Source: Planctomycetota bacterium
GTDB lineage: Bacteria > Planctomycetota > UBA1135 > UBA2386
DNA length: 64,000 nt
Direction: 5' to 3'
Assembly (NCBI GenBank): GCA_046290465.1
Contig: JBKAGP010000001.1
Span: forward strand, 768,001-832,000
Part shown: positions 39,601 to 48,979 of the stretch, piece after piece
Numbering within the stretch: the first letter of the stretch is position 1
Layout: the number at the start of each line of letters is the position of its first letter
Program-made: the position numbers and the translations under genes
Notes under the pieces: generated by a model
Told to the model about the DNA's origin: nothing
The model's input: only the letters and a program-made list of their open reading frames with translations
The model's database searches: none

Positions 39601-39731
39601 TCGGCCGCGAGGTCGGCTTCGCCGATGAGGAGGAGATCGACCGGCTGCTGTGGCAGGTCAAGGTGGGCGGATATCGCGCCCGATCGGTCCTCCGTAGTAT
39701 CGTGACCTCGCCTTCGTTCCTGTCGAAGTAG
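36624..39731 (+). CDS. DUF1592-type planctomycete cytochrome c protein (DUF1587/1595/1592/1588/1585)
   Basis: CFRCHG and CRDCH heme motifs; LRRLTREQY, RAFRR, LSYFLWNGPPD, HPIKRAVW, YSLGR. Confidence 0.9.
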   Translation: MLSALRHKLAVATTAVVALVTGSAFVPDASPQDPQPVDYHKEIEPLLAKYCFRCHGDRKQKGDMQLNVLDPEMKTPADGEGWHAALDVINAGEMPPEDEDQFSAEERRKVVAWMTDSLKRAADRQKGERTVVLRRLTREQYTNSLQDLLGVSIDFAQTLPEDGKAKNGFSNNGEVLQASQLHLDNYQQIARQGLAQAIAREKPEVTHYRVTFGKGRGRGKVAGRTGGYQSVPLNPEDFTVEILRDGRPIEGGSDAEQQQRERIQKKISVGLRGSGQDRFRAVDEGMILLSALPHREKVPKSWQGPSPNLKLEMQRVWPEQGDFVMRVKASRGYLPPLRKQLLVAVDDDLPQASWQQNRLVTADGAQVVAAEQTDQHKNLRKDGDFLRPVDVPKDSKARIRIQLPRDGFYQVDLVHPPVNPDAMPSVRLKAARHHLDQRPELTEEQLQQPRLTTALGVIGMRKGGHHIEVGGKFFVGFSHVVITPLDASHPQVQRLAQQGKAQEQKVRELTPSIRTLIGTRTDDGMDYTTFGEAQDVDAPLGRAQTYEFFGRLENLPIPEPESGDKEVLSGFLLLGVWNDHLVKSARETGPPLLVESIEFEAPYLPSWPPKSHTDIFFDSDTRSDDEAYTREVLRRFVSRAFRRQANDDEVERYLGFWRQVRGEHERYEDSVTEVLVAILCSPEFLYLCEPLDELGDGGALPDWMLANRLSYFLWNGPPDDELHQLARDGRLREQLLPQTERMLDDPRTDRFLRRFAYEWLRLDRHDGMTINVDMHPDYTRFVKRDMREETFAFFATVFGEDLPLSTFVAADFAMLNQNLAEFYGVDGVYGAHFRKVPIPASMPERRCGLLSHGSFHVGHSDGNEPHPIKRAVWLKARLLGDEPPPPPPNVPDLDPETPGFDKMTLKQKIESHRDKDSCRDCHAGIDPYGFVFERMNAVGRFQARRKGIDVDATSTLPDGTAVDGLPGIRAYLVADAKDAFARSVIEHLFAYSLGREVGFADEEEIDRLLWQVKVGGYRARSVLRSIVTSPSFLSK

Positions 39732-39752
39732 CAGGCCCCGCTCCCAGCCGTC

Positions 39753-41099
39753 ATGCGCAAGACCTGGCAACTCGATCGTCGCTCCTTCCTCCGCGGTACC
39801 GGAATCGCCGCTTCGCTGCCGCTGCTGGACGCGATGCAGCCGCTGCTCGGCGGTGGCGACCGCCCCGGCGAACCGGTCCGTCGGATGGTCTACGTCTACT
39901 TCCCGAACGGCGCCGCGATGCCGCAGGAGCACGACCAGAAGTGGGGCCAGTGGCGCTGGCTGCCGCACGACGAGGGCAAGGACTACCGGTTCACCAACGT
40001 GCTGAAGTGCCTGGAGCCCTACCGCAGCAAGATGACGCTGCTCGGCGGCCTCAGCCACCCGCTGTCGCGCAACCTGCTCGGCCACCTCGCCGGCGACACC
40101 TGGCTGACGGCCGGCGACCTGCGCGGCGACGTCTACAAGAACCGGATCTCGGTCGACCAGGTGGCGGCGCTGCAGCTCAAGAAGCACACCCGCTACCCCT
40201 CGCTGGTGCTCTCGACCGACGGCGGCGTCGGCTACAAGTCGCGCACGTCGACGCTCAGCTTCGACCACGCCGCGCGGCCGATCCCGTCCGAGCACAAGCA
40301 GCGGCTGATCTTCGAACGCTACTTCTCGCCCGGCGGCGGCGTGCCGACCGAGCAGCGCAAGAAGGCGCTACAGCAGGGCAAGAAGGTGGTCGACCTGATC
40401 CTCGAGGACAGCAAGCGCCTGCAGCAGCGCCTCGGCAGGAAGGACCAGGAGAAGCTCGACCAGTACCTGCAGTCGCTCGACGCGGTCGAGGAGCAGATCC
40501 GCCGCAACGAGGCCTGGCTCGACCGGCCGCTGCCGCAGTTCGACAGCAGCCACCTCGACCTCGACATCACGCCGGACGTCAACCCGGCCAAGTACCTGCG
40601 CTCGATGTACGACCTGATCGTGCTGGCGCTGCAGCTCGACCTGACCCGGGTGATCACCTACATGACCGGCCGCGAGGACGGCATGGGCTTCGCCGACTCG
40701 TTCCCGAATCGGGCGCTCGGCATCAAGCGCGGCCACCACACGATCAGCCACGACGGCCACGAAGGGCACTGGGAGCAGTGGGGTCGCTACGACCGCTGGC
40801 ACGCCGAGCAGTTCGCCTACTTCGTCGAGAAGCTCGACCAGACCAGGGACGAGCGCGGCTCCCTGCTCGACCAGACCCAGATCCTCTACGGCTCCTGCTG
40901 CAGCACGACGCACAACGCGCGCAACCTGCCGCTGGCGCTGGTCGGCGGCGAGAAGCTCGGACTGAAGCACGGCTGGTACCGGAAGTACGACGAGGCGACG
41001 CCGTTCAGCAACGTGTTCGTCGGCATGCTCAACGCGGTCGGGGTCGAGACCGAGGCGTTTGCGGATTCGACCGGCGGGATGCCCGAGATCTTCGGGTAG
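39753..41099 (+). CDS. DUF1552 domain protein (Tat substrate)
   Basis: DRRSFLRG Tat motif, YFPNG, SVDQVAA, DLTRVIT, HHTISH; canonical partner of DUF1592. Confidence 0.9.
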   Translation: MRKTWQLDRRSFLRGTGIAASLPLLDAMQPLLGGGDRPGEPVRRMVYVYFPNGAAMPQEHDQKWGQWRWLPHDEGKDYRFTNVLKCLEPYRSKMTLLGGLSHPLSRNLLGHLAGDTWLTAGDLRGDVYKNRISVDQVAALQLKKHTRYPSLVLSTDGGVGYKSRTSTLSFDHAARPIPSEHKQRLIFERYFSPGGGVPTEQRKKALQQGKKVVDLILEDSKRLQQRLGRKDQEKLDQYLQSLDAVEEQIRRNEAWLDRPLPQFDSSHLDLDITPDVNPAKYLRSMYDLIVLALQLDLTRVITYMTGREDGMGFADSFPNRALGIKRGHHTISHDGHEGHWEQWGRYDRWHAEQFAYFVEKLDQTRDERGSLLDQTQILYGSCCSTTHNARNLPLALVGGEKLGLKHGWYRKYDEATPFSNVFVGMLNAVGVETEAFADSTGGMPEIFG

Positions 41100-41186
41100 G
41101 TCGGTCGCGCGAAACCGGGTTAGGAGCTTGTAACGTCGTCGCCACGACGTGGCCGCAGGCACGACCAACGAGACAATGCGGGTCGC

Positions 41187-44100
41187 ATGATGCGTCCGCA
41201 GTTCCTGTTGTCTCTCCTCCTCGCGGTGCCGGCGTTCGCGCAGGACCGCACCATCCGCCTGCCGCGGGATCCGCGGCTGTCGCCGGACGGCAAACAGATC
41301 ACCTTCGCCTGGCGTGGCGACATCTGGGTCGCTTCGTCCGACGGTGGCGCCGCGTTCCGGCTGACCACGCATCCGAGCGACGACGGCTCGCCGTGGTTCA
41401 CGCCCAAGCAGGACGCGATCCTGTTCCAGAGCAGCCGCGGCGGCAGCCGGCAGATCTACCGCGTGCCGCTGGGCGGCGGGGCGCCGACGCAGCTCACCCA
41501 CGACTCCAACGGCAAGACCATCTACGGCTTCTCGGCCGACGGCAGCGAACTGCTGGTCGGCATGCGCACGGACCGCGGCTTCCACTACTCGGAATCGACG
41601 CGGCTGTTCGCGATCGACCTCGCGGGTGAGAAGCCCAAGCGCATGCTGCTCGACGTCGGCCTGTCCCAAGCGGCGCTGTCGCCCGACGGCAACCACCTGC
41701 TGTTCGTGCGCGGCCGGCCGATGTGGTCGCGCAAGGGCCACCGCGGCACGCAGTCGGCGCAGCTCTGGCATGCCGACCTGCGCCAGACGCCGGCCACCAT
41801 CGAGCGCCTCGACGAGGACCAGAAGGACTTCCAGAACATCGCCTGGCAGAACCCGGTCTGGGCGCCCGACAGCAAGACCTACTACTACGTCAGCGACCCG
41901 GACGGCACGTTCGACGTCTACCAGCGCCGGCTCGGCAGCGACGCGGTGCGCCGGGTGACGCGCGTCGGCGCGCTCGACCGCAGCGACGACGGGGTGGCGT
42001 TCCCGAGCATCAGCAAGGACGGCACGACCATCCTGGTGCGCCGTCGGTTCGACCTGATGAAGGTCGACACCAACTCCGGCCAGGTGCAGCCGCTGGCGCT
42101 GCGCGCGACCGGCGACGACCACGCGGTGGCGCTCGAGCGTCGCACCGAGACGTCGGCCGAGAACGTCGCGTTCACCGCCGACGGCAAGCAGATGGCGTTC
42201 GTGTCCGGTGAGGACGTCTGGGTGATGGACCGCATCCTGAAGGAACCGCGCCGCGTCACCGACACCCCCCACAACGAGACCAGCGTGGCGTTCAGCGAGG
42301 ACGGCAAGCGGCTGTTCTTCGTCAGCGACGTCAGCGGCGAGTTCGACATCTGGGAGGCGACCATCGACCGCGAGGACGGCATCTGGTGGCTGGCCGACTC
42401 GTTCGCGCTGCGCCAGGTGACCGACGACCGGGCGGTCGAGGGCAACCTGCGGCGCAGCCCGAAGGGCGACCACATCGCCTACACCAAGCAGAGCGACATC
42501 TTCGTCATGGACGGCGACGGCAGCGACCACCGCAAGGTCGTCGACGCGTGGTCGATGCCGCAGTTCGACTGGTCGCCGGACGGCCGCTGGCTGACCTACG
42601 CGACGCAGGATTCCGACTACAACTCGGACGTCTGGATCGTGGCGCTCGACGGCACCCAGCAGCCCTACAACCTGTCGCGCCATCCGGACTTCGACGGCAG
42701 CCCGGCGTGGTCGGGCGACGGCAAGCGGATCGCGTTCACCAGCCGGCGCGACGGCGACGAGTCGGACGTCTACTACGTCAACCTGACGGCCGAGACCGAG
42801 GAGAAGACCAGCCGTGACCGCACGCTCGAGAAGGCGCTGGCGGCGATGAAGTCCGGCAAGGGCAAGGGGGACGGCAAGGCCAAGGGCAAGGGCAAGGAGA
42901 AGCAGGCGGCGGAGGCCGGCTCCGACCGGGCGAAGGGCAAGCCGACGGACGAAAAGCACGCCGACGACAAGGTCGTCGTGCACCTCGACGGCATCCGCGA
43001 CCGCCTGCACCGGATCTCGATCCGCAACAGCCGCGAGGGCGGCCTGATCTGGTCACCGGACGGCAAGACGCTGGCGTTCTCGGCGACGGTGTCGTCGCAG
43101 TCGGGCTTCTACGGCGTGACGTTCCCCAACCCGGGGGCTCCGAAGAAGCTCGCGGCACGCGGCCTGCGGCGCGCGACCTGGCAGCAGCAGGGCAACGAGA
43201 TCGTCGGCCTCAGCAGCGGCAAGCCGGCGGTGCTCAAGAAGGGCACCAGCCTCGAGGTGTTCCCGTTCTCGGTGCGGCGCACCCGCGATTGGTCGGCCGT
43301 GCGGCAGATCTCGTTCGACCAGGGCTGGCGCGCGATGCGCGATCGCTTCTACGACCCCGACATGAACAACCGCGACTGGGACGCGATCCGTCGCAAGTAC
43401 CGCCCGGTCGCCGCGCAGTGCCTCGGCCAGCGGGAGTTCACCGACCTGATGAACATGATGCTCGGGGAACTCAACGCGTCGCACATGGGCCACCGTGGCG
43501 GCAGCGACGCGCTGCCGTCGACCAGCAGCACCAGCAGCTGGGCGCCGACGACCCACCACCTCGGCCTGCGCTTCGCGCTGGATCGGCCGGAGAAGGGGCT
43601 GGTCGTGACCAGCGTGATCCCGGGCAGTCCGTGCGACCTGGTGCGCAGCAAGGTGCACGTCGGGGAGGCGCTGCTGGCCGTCGACGGGGTCGCGATCACG
43701 CGCGACGTCGACCTCGACGACCTGCTGACGATGGACCAGACCCGCGACGTCGAGCTGACCATCGGCGGCGAGGACGGCAGCGAGCACAAGATCACGGTGC
43801 GCCCGACCCGTTCGGTCGCCGGGCTGCTCTACGAGGAGTTCGTCGAGGGCAACCGCAAGAAGGTCGACGAGCTGTCGGACGGCAAGCTCGGCTACCTGCA
43901 CATCCGCGGCATGAACATGTCGAGCTTCCGGCAGATGGAGGAGGACCTCTACCACGCCGGCGCCGGCAAGGACGGCCTGATCATCGACGTGCGCTTCAAC
44001 GGCGGCGGCAGCACCACCGACCACGTGATGACGGCACTGACCCAGCCGGTGCACGCGATCACCAAGTCGCGCGGCAGCGGCGAGGGCTACCCGCAGGATC

Positions 44101-44525
44101 GCAAGATCTACGCGTCGTGGACCAAGCCGATCATCCTGATGTGCAACGAGCACTCGTTCTCGAACGCCGAGATCCTGAGCCACGCGGTCAAGCAGGTCGG
44201 TCGCGGCCGGCTGGTCGGCATGCGCACGGCCGGCGGCGTGATCTCGACCGGTTCGGTGGGGCTGCTCGACGGCAGTTCGGTTCGCATGCCGATGCGGGGC
44301 TGGTACCTGGTCTCGACGGGCGAGGACATGGAGCTGAACGGGTGCCTGCCCGACATCGCGATGTGGAACGACCCGATGGGTCCGGATGCGCAGCTGGCGC
44401 GGGCGGTCGAGGAGCTGCAGGCCGACGTCGCCAAGGAGCAGGCCAAGGGTGCCGTCAAGATCCTGCCGGCGGCGACCCGGCGGCGCATGGAGAAGCGCGC
44501 CAGCGACGCCAGCGGCGGCCGATAG
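41187..44525 (+). CDS. Tricorn-like S41 peptidase (beta-propellers, PDZ, S41 domain)
   Basis: PD40/SPDG repeats, GELNASH, GYLHIRGM, IDVRFNGGG, SFSNAE, RTAGGVI. Confidence 0.92.
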   Translation: MMRPQFLLSLLLAVPAFAQDRTIRLPRDPRLSPDGKQITFAWRGDIWVASSDGGAAFRLTTHPSDDGSPWFTPKQDAILFQSSRGGSRQIYRVPLGGGAPTQLTHDSNGKTIYGFSADGSELLVGMRTDRGFHYSESTRLFAIDLAGEKPKRMLLDVGLSQAALSPDGNHLLFVRGRPMWSRKGHRGTQSAQLWHADLRQTPATIERLDEDQKDFQNIAWQNPVWAPDSKTYYYVSDPDGTFDVYQRRLGSDAVRRVTRVGALDRSDDGVAFPSISKDGTTILVRRRFDLMKVDTNSGQVQPLALRATGDDHAVALERRTETSAENVAFTADGKQMAFVSGEDVWVMDRILKEPRRVTDTPHNETSVAFSEDGKRLFFVSDVSGEFDIWEATIDREDGIWWLADSFALRQVTDDRAVEGNLRRSPKGDHIAYTKQSDIFVMDGDGSDHRKVVDAWSMPQFDWSPDGRWLTYATQDSDYNSDVWIVALDGTQQPYNLSRHPDFDGSPAWSGDGKRIAFTSRRDGDESDVYYVNLTAETEEKTSRDRTLEKALAAMKSGKGKGDGKAKGKGKEKQAAEAGSDRAKGKPTDEKHADDKVVVHLDGIRDRLHRISIRNSREGGLIWSPDGKTLAFSATVSSQSGFYGVTFPNPGAPKKLAARGLRRATWQQQGNEIVGLSSGKPAVLKKGTSLEVFPFSVRRTRDWSAVRQISFDQGWRAMRDRFYDPDMNNRDWDAIRRKYRPVAAQCLGQREFTDLMNMMLGELNASHMGHRGGSDALPSTSSTSSWAPTTHHLGLRFALDRPEKGLVVTSVIPGSPCDLVRSKVHVGEALLAVDGVAITRDVDLDDLLTMDQTRDVELTIGGEDGSEHKITVRPTRSVAGLLYEEFVEGNRKKVDELSDGKLGYLHIRGMNMSSFRQMEEDLYHAGAGKDGLIIDVRFNGGGSTTDHVMTALTQPVHAITKSRGSGEGYPQDRKIYASWTKPIILMCNEHSFSNAEILSHAVKQVGRGRLVGMRTAGGVISTGSVGLLDGSSVRMPMRGWYLVSTGEDMELNGCLPDIAMWNDPMGPDAQLARAVEELQADVAKEQAKGAVKILPAATRRRMEKRASDASGGR

Positions 44526-44564
44526 CGGCGCCGCCGGGCGTGCCGGTGCGGCTAGCATGCCCGC

Positions 44565-45275
44565 ATGCTGTCCATGCGGTTGCTGTCCGACAACTACCGG
44601 CACGCCTACCTGCTCGCGGCCCTGTTGATGCTGGTCGCGCTGCGGCCGTTCGTGACCCCGGACGGCGGCGGCTTCGGCCTGATCGACGGCTTCCTGGGCC
44701 TGGCGCTGCTGACCGCGGTTGCCAACTCGGCGCACGGCCGGGGGACCCGCTACGTCGCGATCGCGCTCGGCCTGCTGGTCATCGGCTTCCGGGTGCTGTC
44801 GATGCCGGCCGACTCGCCGCTCGCCTACACGCACTTGTTCTTCGCGACGATGGTGCTGTTCTGCGGGCTGTCGGCGGTGCTGCTGCTGGTGCACCTGTTC
44901 GAGCCGAAGGCGTGCATCACCACCGACACGATCCTCGGTGCGGTCAACGCCTACCTGCTGCTCGGGATCGGCTGGGCGTGCGGCTACTCGCTGCTCGAGT
45001 GCCTGGAGCCGGGCTCCTTCGACTTCGGCGAGCGCGTCGTCGAGGCGTCACGCGACCAATTCTGGACGTTCATCGGCTTCAGCTACACGACCCTTACGAC
45101 GCTCGGCTACGGCAACATCTCGCCGATGAACGCCCGCGCCGACGCGCTGGCGACCTGCGAAGCCATGCTCGGCCAGTTCTACGTCGCCATCCTGGTCGGC
45201 CGCCTCGTCGCCCTGCAACTCAACCAACGCCACACCCACGACGTCGTCACCGCCGCGCGCAAGGCCCCCCGCTAA
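44565..45275 (+). CDS. Ion channel (potassium-channel pore) membrane protein
   Basis: FSYTTLTTLGYGNISP pore motif; several TM helices. Confidence 0.88.
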   Translation: MLSMRLLSDNYRHAYLLAALLMLVALRPFVTPDGGGFGLIDGFLGLALLTAVANSAHGRGTRYVAIALGLLVIGFRVLSMPADSPLAYTHLFFATMVLFCGLSAVLLLVHLFEPKACITTDTILGAVNAYLLLGIGWACGYSLLECLEPGSFDFGERVVEASRDQFWTFIGFSYTTLTTLGYGNISPMNARADALATCEAMLGQFYVAILVGRLVALQLNQRHTHDVVTAARKAPR

Positions 45276-45351
45276 TCCGAGAGTCTGGCTCCGAGAGTCT
45301 GGTTCCGAAGTCTCGTCCCGAACGTCTGATTCCGGGAGCAGACCTCACCGA
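45276..45351. repeat. Degenerate 13-14 bp tandem repeat (TCCGAGAGTCTGG)
   Basis: Units at 45276, 45290, 45304, 45317, 45331. Confidence 0.7.
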
Positions 45352-45527
45352 GCACGGCGCTGCCCCCGACGCCTGCCGCGCTGGTGGGCAAAGCCCCGTC
45401 CGCACGCGTACACGCCGCTTCCGCGATCACGGTCGGCAGCGCGTCCACTACATGGACGCGCTCCTGGCGACGGCGTCGGGGCCAGGTGGCGCAGGATGAA
45501 CCCGGTTCAGTATGCGGCACTTCGGGG

Positions 45528-48500
45528 TCAGCGGTGGTAGGCGGCGGCTTCGGCTTCGTCGCGGGCTTGTTCTTCGAGGAACTCGTGCAGCTCGGCCTGT
45601 TCTTCGTTGGTGATCCAGCTCGGGTCGGGGTGGTCCGGGTCGATCTCGACGCGGATCTTCTGCACGAACGGCTCGCCGTCGACGGTCAGGCGCGCGGTGT
45701 AGGTGCCCGGGCCGACCCGGCTGCCGCCGCGTCGCATGTAGAACTGGCGCGCGCGCTCGCTGGCGCCGTCGGGGATGTTGACCGGGCCGCGCAGGTTCCA
45801 GGTGACGCGGTGCAGGCCCTTGTCGCTGCTCGCTTCCAGTTCGCGCACCGCCTTGCCGCTGCTGTCGAGGATCTCGAGCTGCACCGAACGGGCGCGCTTG
45901 TGGATGTGGTACGCGAGGTGTGCGCCGTCGCGCGGGTTCTCGGCGGCGAAGCGGCGGTTGGTGCCGCCGGTCGACATGCCCGACCGCCAGATCACGGCCG
46001 ACACCGGCTTGTAGAAGTGCACGTCCTTGGCCATGACCTCCTTGGTCATCTGCCGGATCTCGTTGACCGACGCGATCCACAAGCTGCGGCCGTGGGTGCC
46101 GGCGACGACCTCACCCGACGGCACGTTGAGCGCGAACGCGTGCACCGCGACCGTCGGCAGGTCCCCGTTGAACCGGGTCCAGTGCTCGCCGCGGTCCAGC
46201 GTCACGAACGTCTGGAACTCGGTGCCCAGGTAGAGCACGTTCTCGTTGACCGGGTCCTCGGCGATCGTGCGCGTCGAGCCCGCACCTTCGGGCAGCGTCG
46301 CCGTCAGCGAACGCCAGGTCTTGCCGCCGTCGTCGGTGGCCAGCGCGTAGGCGGCGTCGTCGTCGCTGCGGTGGCCGTCGAGGGTCACGTAGGCGCGCTT
46401 GGCGTCGAACCTGGACGCGACCAGCTCGCTGACCCAGCGCGGGCCGGGCACGAGGTGCTGGATCGGGCGCGCCGCGGCCGGCTGCGACCCGGCGTTGGGG
46501 CCGCGCGGCGGCTGTTCGCCCTCCGGCGCTTCGCCAGCCGGCGCTTCTTCGGCGACCTCGAAGCAGTCGATCCAGTTGTCGCCGCCGTCGTGCGTGACCC
46601 ACAGCGCGCCGTCGTCGGTGCCGACGTAGACGATGTCGTCGTCCTTCGGCGACTCGGCCAGCGCCGTCGCGGCGCCGCGCTCGGTGTTGGTGATCACCGG
46701 CGAGATCGTCTGCATGTTGGCGCCGCGGTTGAGCGACTTGAACACGCGGCTGCCGGCCGTGTAGACGATCTTGCTGTTGTGCGCCGACAGGATGTACGGC
46801 GTCTCCCAGTTGTAGCGGATGCGTTCGCCCTTGTCGCCGCGGCCGCCCCGCAGGCTGCCGCGCTCGCTGTTGGCGAGGTTGCGCCAGCCCGGAGGCCCGT
46901 TCTGGCTCTGGCTGTAGACGACGTGCTTGTCGTCCGGGTCGACCAGGCAGCGGAAGCCGTCACCACCACCGACGCGCACCCAGTCGTGGTTGCGGGCGCC
47001 GGTGCCGGCGGTGCGGCTCGGGCCGCCCCACGAACCGTTGTCCTGCAGGCCGCCGTAGACGCGGTAGTTGCGGTCCGAGCTGACGCCGACGTGGTAGAAC
47101 TGGCCGATCGCCACGTGGTTGAGGTGGTCCCAGTTCTTGCCGGCGTCGTAGGTGACGTAGATGCCGCCGTCACAGCCGTGGATGATGTGGTTGCCGTCGT
47201 TGGGGTCGATCCACTCGGCGTGGTGGTCGACGTGCATGCCGCTGCCGGCGCCGCGATCGAACGTCTTGCCGCCGTCCGTCGAACGGTAGAGCGACGTGCC
47301 GAGCACCATCAGGTTGTCGCTGTTGCTCGGATCGATGCGGATCTGGCTGTAGTACATCGGCCGAGGGTTCAGCGTGTTGATCCGCGTCCAGGTGTCGCCG
47401 CCGTCGGTCGACTTGTAGATGCCGCCGTACTCGTGGCCGGCCTTGCCCTGCAGGTCGGGCGAACCACCGGACTGGCCGCCGAGCGTGCCGATGAACGGCG
47501 AACGCGCGTTCTTCGGGAACGTGCCGAACGTCAGCGTGATCTCGAGGTCCTTGCGGTCGCGCACGACCGACAGCACCGCTTCGTCGCCGGCCCGGAACTG
47601 CCGGCAGGCGCGGTCGAAGTCCTGCTGCGAGTTCACCCGCTTGCCGGCGACCGCGAGGATCACGTCGTCCTTCTTCAGCCCGGCCTTCTCGGCGGGCGTC
47701 GGCTCGGCCTTCTGCTGCGCTTCCTCCTGCTCGCCCGAGCGCGTGCCGCGACGGCCGCCGCGACGCGACGGCTTGACCGCGTTGATCTTGACGCCGGCGT
47801 CGGCGCTGGCGACCGAAGCGCCGTGGTAGGCGGCGTCCTCGGGCTGCTTGGCGATCATCTCGCTCTCGACGATCGCCATCAGCACGTTGGGGTCCTTGCG
47901 GTAGTAGTCGATGCCGACGCGGCCGATCTGGCAGCTCGGCAGGCCGGTCTTGATGCGCATCCAGTTGACGCCGCCGTCGGTCGTCTTCCAGATGCCGCCA
48001 CCCGGCCCCCAGCGCTTGGCCGGATCGTTGGTGTCGAAGCCGTCGCGGGCGCGCTCGTAGGTCGCGACCATCAGCGTGTCCGGCTCGTTCGGGTGCATGT
48101 CGATGTCGATCACGCCGGTCTGGTCGTCGACGTAGAGCACCTTGGCCCAGGTCTTGCCGCCGTCGGTGGTCTTGTAGAGGCCGCGATCCTCGTTGGGGCC
48201 GTAGAGGCGGCCGAGCGCGCCGACGTAGACGATGTCTGGGTTGGTCGGGTGGATCGCGATGCGACCGGTCTGGAACGTCTTGGCCAGGCCCATGTGCGAC
48301 CAGGTCTTGCCGCCGTCGGTCGACTTGTAGACGCCGTTGCCGTAGCTGACCGAGTTGCGCGGGTTGGCCTCGCCGGTGCCGACCCAGACGATGTCCTTGT
48401 TGGACTGCGACACCGCGACGTGGCCGATCGACACGACCTTCTCGCGATCGAACTGGTGTTCGAACGTCATGCCGTTGTTGGTCGTCTTGACCAGCCCACC

Positions 48501-48701
48501 CGACGCGGTGGCCGCCCACCACGTGCTCGGCTCGGCCTCGTAGACCGCGAGCGAGATGATGCGGCCGCCCATCGTCGACGGACCGATGCTGCGCCAGTGC
48601 AGCGCGTTCGCCCAGGCCTCGGGCAGTTGTTGGCAGGTGAGGGACGAGGCGGCGACCAGCGCGGCGCCGACGAACAACGGGCTACGAAGCATTCTTTGCA
48701 T
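45528..48701 (-). CDS. Secreted VPS10/BNR-repeat (sortilin-like) beta-propeller protein with inserted PDZ domain
   Basis: WRSIGP..GGRI, many S/TxDGGxTW Asp-box repeats, GGLQDNG, THGRS; PDZ (PAEKAGLKKDDVILAV...LSVVRD). Confidence 0.88.
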   Translation of the reverse strand: MQRMLRSPLFVGAALVAASSLTCQQLPEAWANALHWRSIGPSTMGGRIISLAVYEAEPSTWWAATASGGLVKTTNNGMTFEHQFDREKVVSIGHVAVSQSNKDIVWVGTGEANPRNSVSYGNGVYKSTDGGKTWSHMGLAKTFQTGRIAIHPTNPDIVYVGALGRLYGPNEDRGLYKTTDGGKTWAKVLYVDDQTGVIDIDMHPNEPDTLMVATYERARDGFDTNDPAKRWGPGGGIWKTTDGGVNWMRIKTGLPSCQIGRVGIDYYRKDPNVLMAIVESEMIAKQPEDAAYHGASVASADAGVKINAVKPSRRGGRRGTRSGEQEEAQQKAEPTPAEKAGLKKDDVILAVAGKRVNSQQDFDRACRQFRAGDEAVLSVVRDRKDLEITLTFGTFPKNARSPFIGTLGGQSGGSPDLQGKAGHEYGGIYKSTDGGDTWTRINTLNPRPMYYSQIRIDPSNSDNLMVLGTSLYRSTDGGKTFDRGAGSGMHVDHHAEWIDPNDGNHIIHGCDGGIYVTYDAGKNWDHLNHVAIGQFYHVGVSSDRNYRVYGGLQDNGSWGGPSRTAGTGARNHDWVRVGGGDGFRCLVDPDDKHVVYSQSQNGPPGWRNLANSERGSLRGGRGDKGERIRYNWETPYILSAHNSKIVYTAGSRVFKSLNRGANMQTISPVITNTERGAATALAESPKDDDIVYVGTDDGALWVTHDGGDNWIDCFEVAEEAPAGEAPEGEQPPRGPNAGSQPAAARPIQHLVPGPRWVSELVASRFDAKRAYVTLDGHRSDDDAAYALATDDGGKTWRSLTATLPEGAGSTRTIAEDPVNENVLYLGTEFQTFVTLDRGEHWTRFNGDLPTVAVHAFALNVPSGEVVAGTHGRSLWIASVNEIRQMTKEVMAKDVHFYKPVSAVIWRSGMSTGGTNRRFAAENPRDGAHLAYHIHKRARSVQLEILDSSGKAVRELEASSDKGLHRVTWNLRGPVNIPDGASERARQFYMRRGGSRVGPGTYTARLTVDGEPFVQKIRVEIDPDHPDPSWITNEEQAELHEFLEEQARDEAEAAAYHR

Positions 48702-48979
48702 CTCCTTGCAGGCTCTCCGCGCAGCACGTGCCGGCAGCGGACAGCGGCATTCTGAGGGGGCCGCAGTCTACGCCGACGATCGGCCGCCGGCGCGCGACCA
48801 TCCACGTAGGCACATACCTGTCACAACCTTGCGCGGCCCCGTCCGAGGGCACCGGAACCCGGCATCGCGCACCGGCGCGATTCCGCGCCACGCCTGCGTC
48901 GATCCCGCTACCCTGTGCCCACCCACTGGCGCGCCGCGGACCCCTCCGGCGGCCAGACACCACCACCGAAGGAGCCTTC

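Noticed and set aside
41141..41153. Palindrome GCCACG-A-CGTGGC upstream of the tricorn gene
   Set aside because: Short and GC-rich; plausible by chance and not seen repeated
42850..42970. GGCAAG repeats in the tricorn gene
   Set aside because: They encode a Lys/Gly low-complexity linker, not an independent element
45276..45351. CRISPR array (also 4891-4957)
   Set aside because: Units are 13-16 bp, abut without spacers, and there are no cas genes
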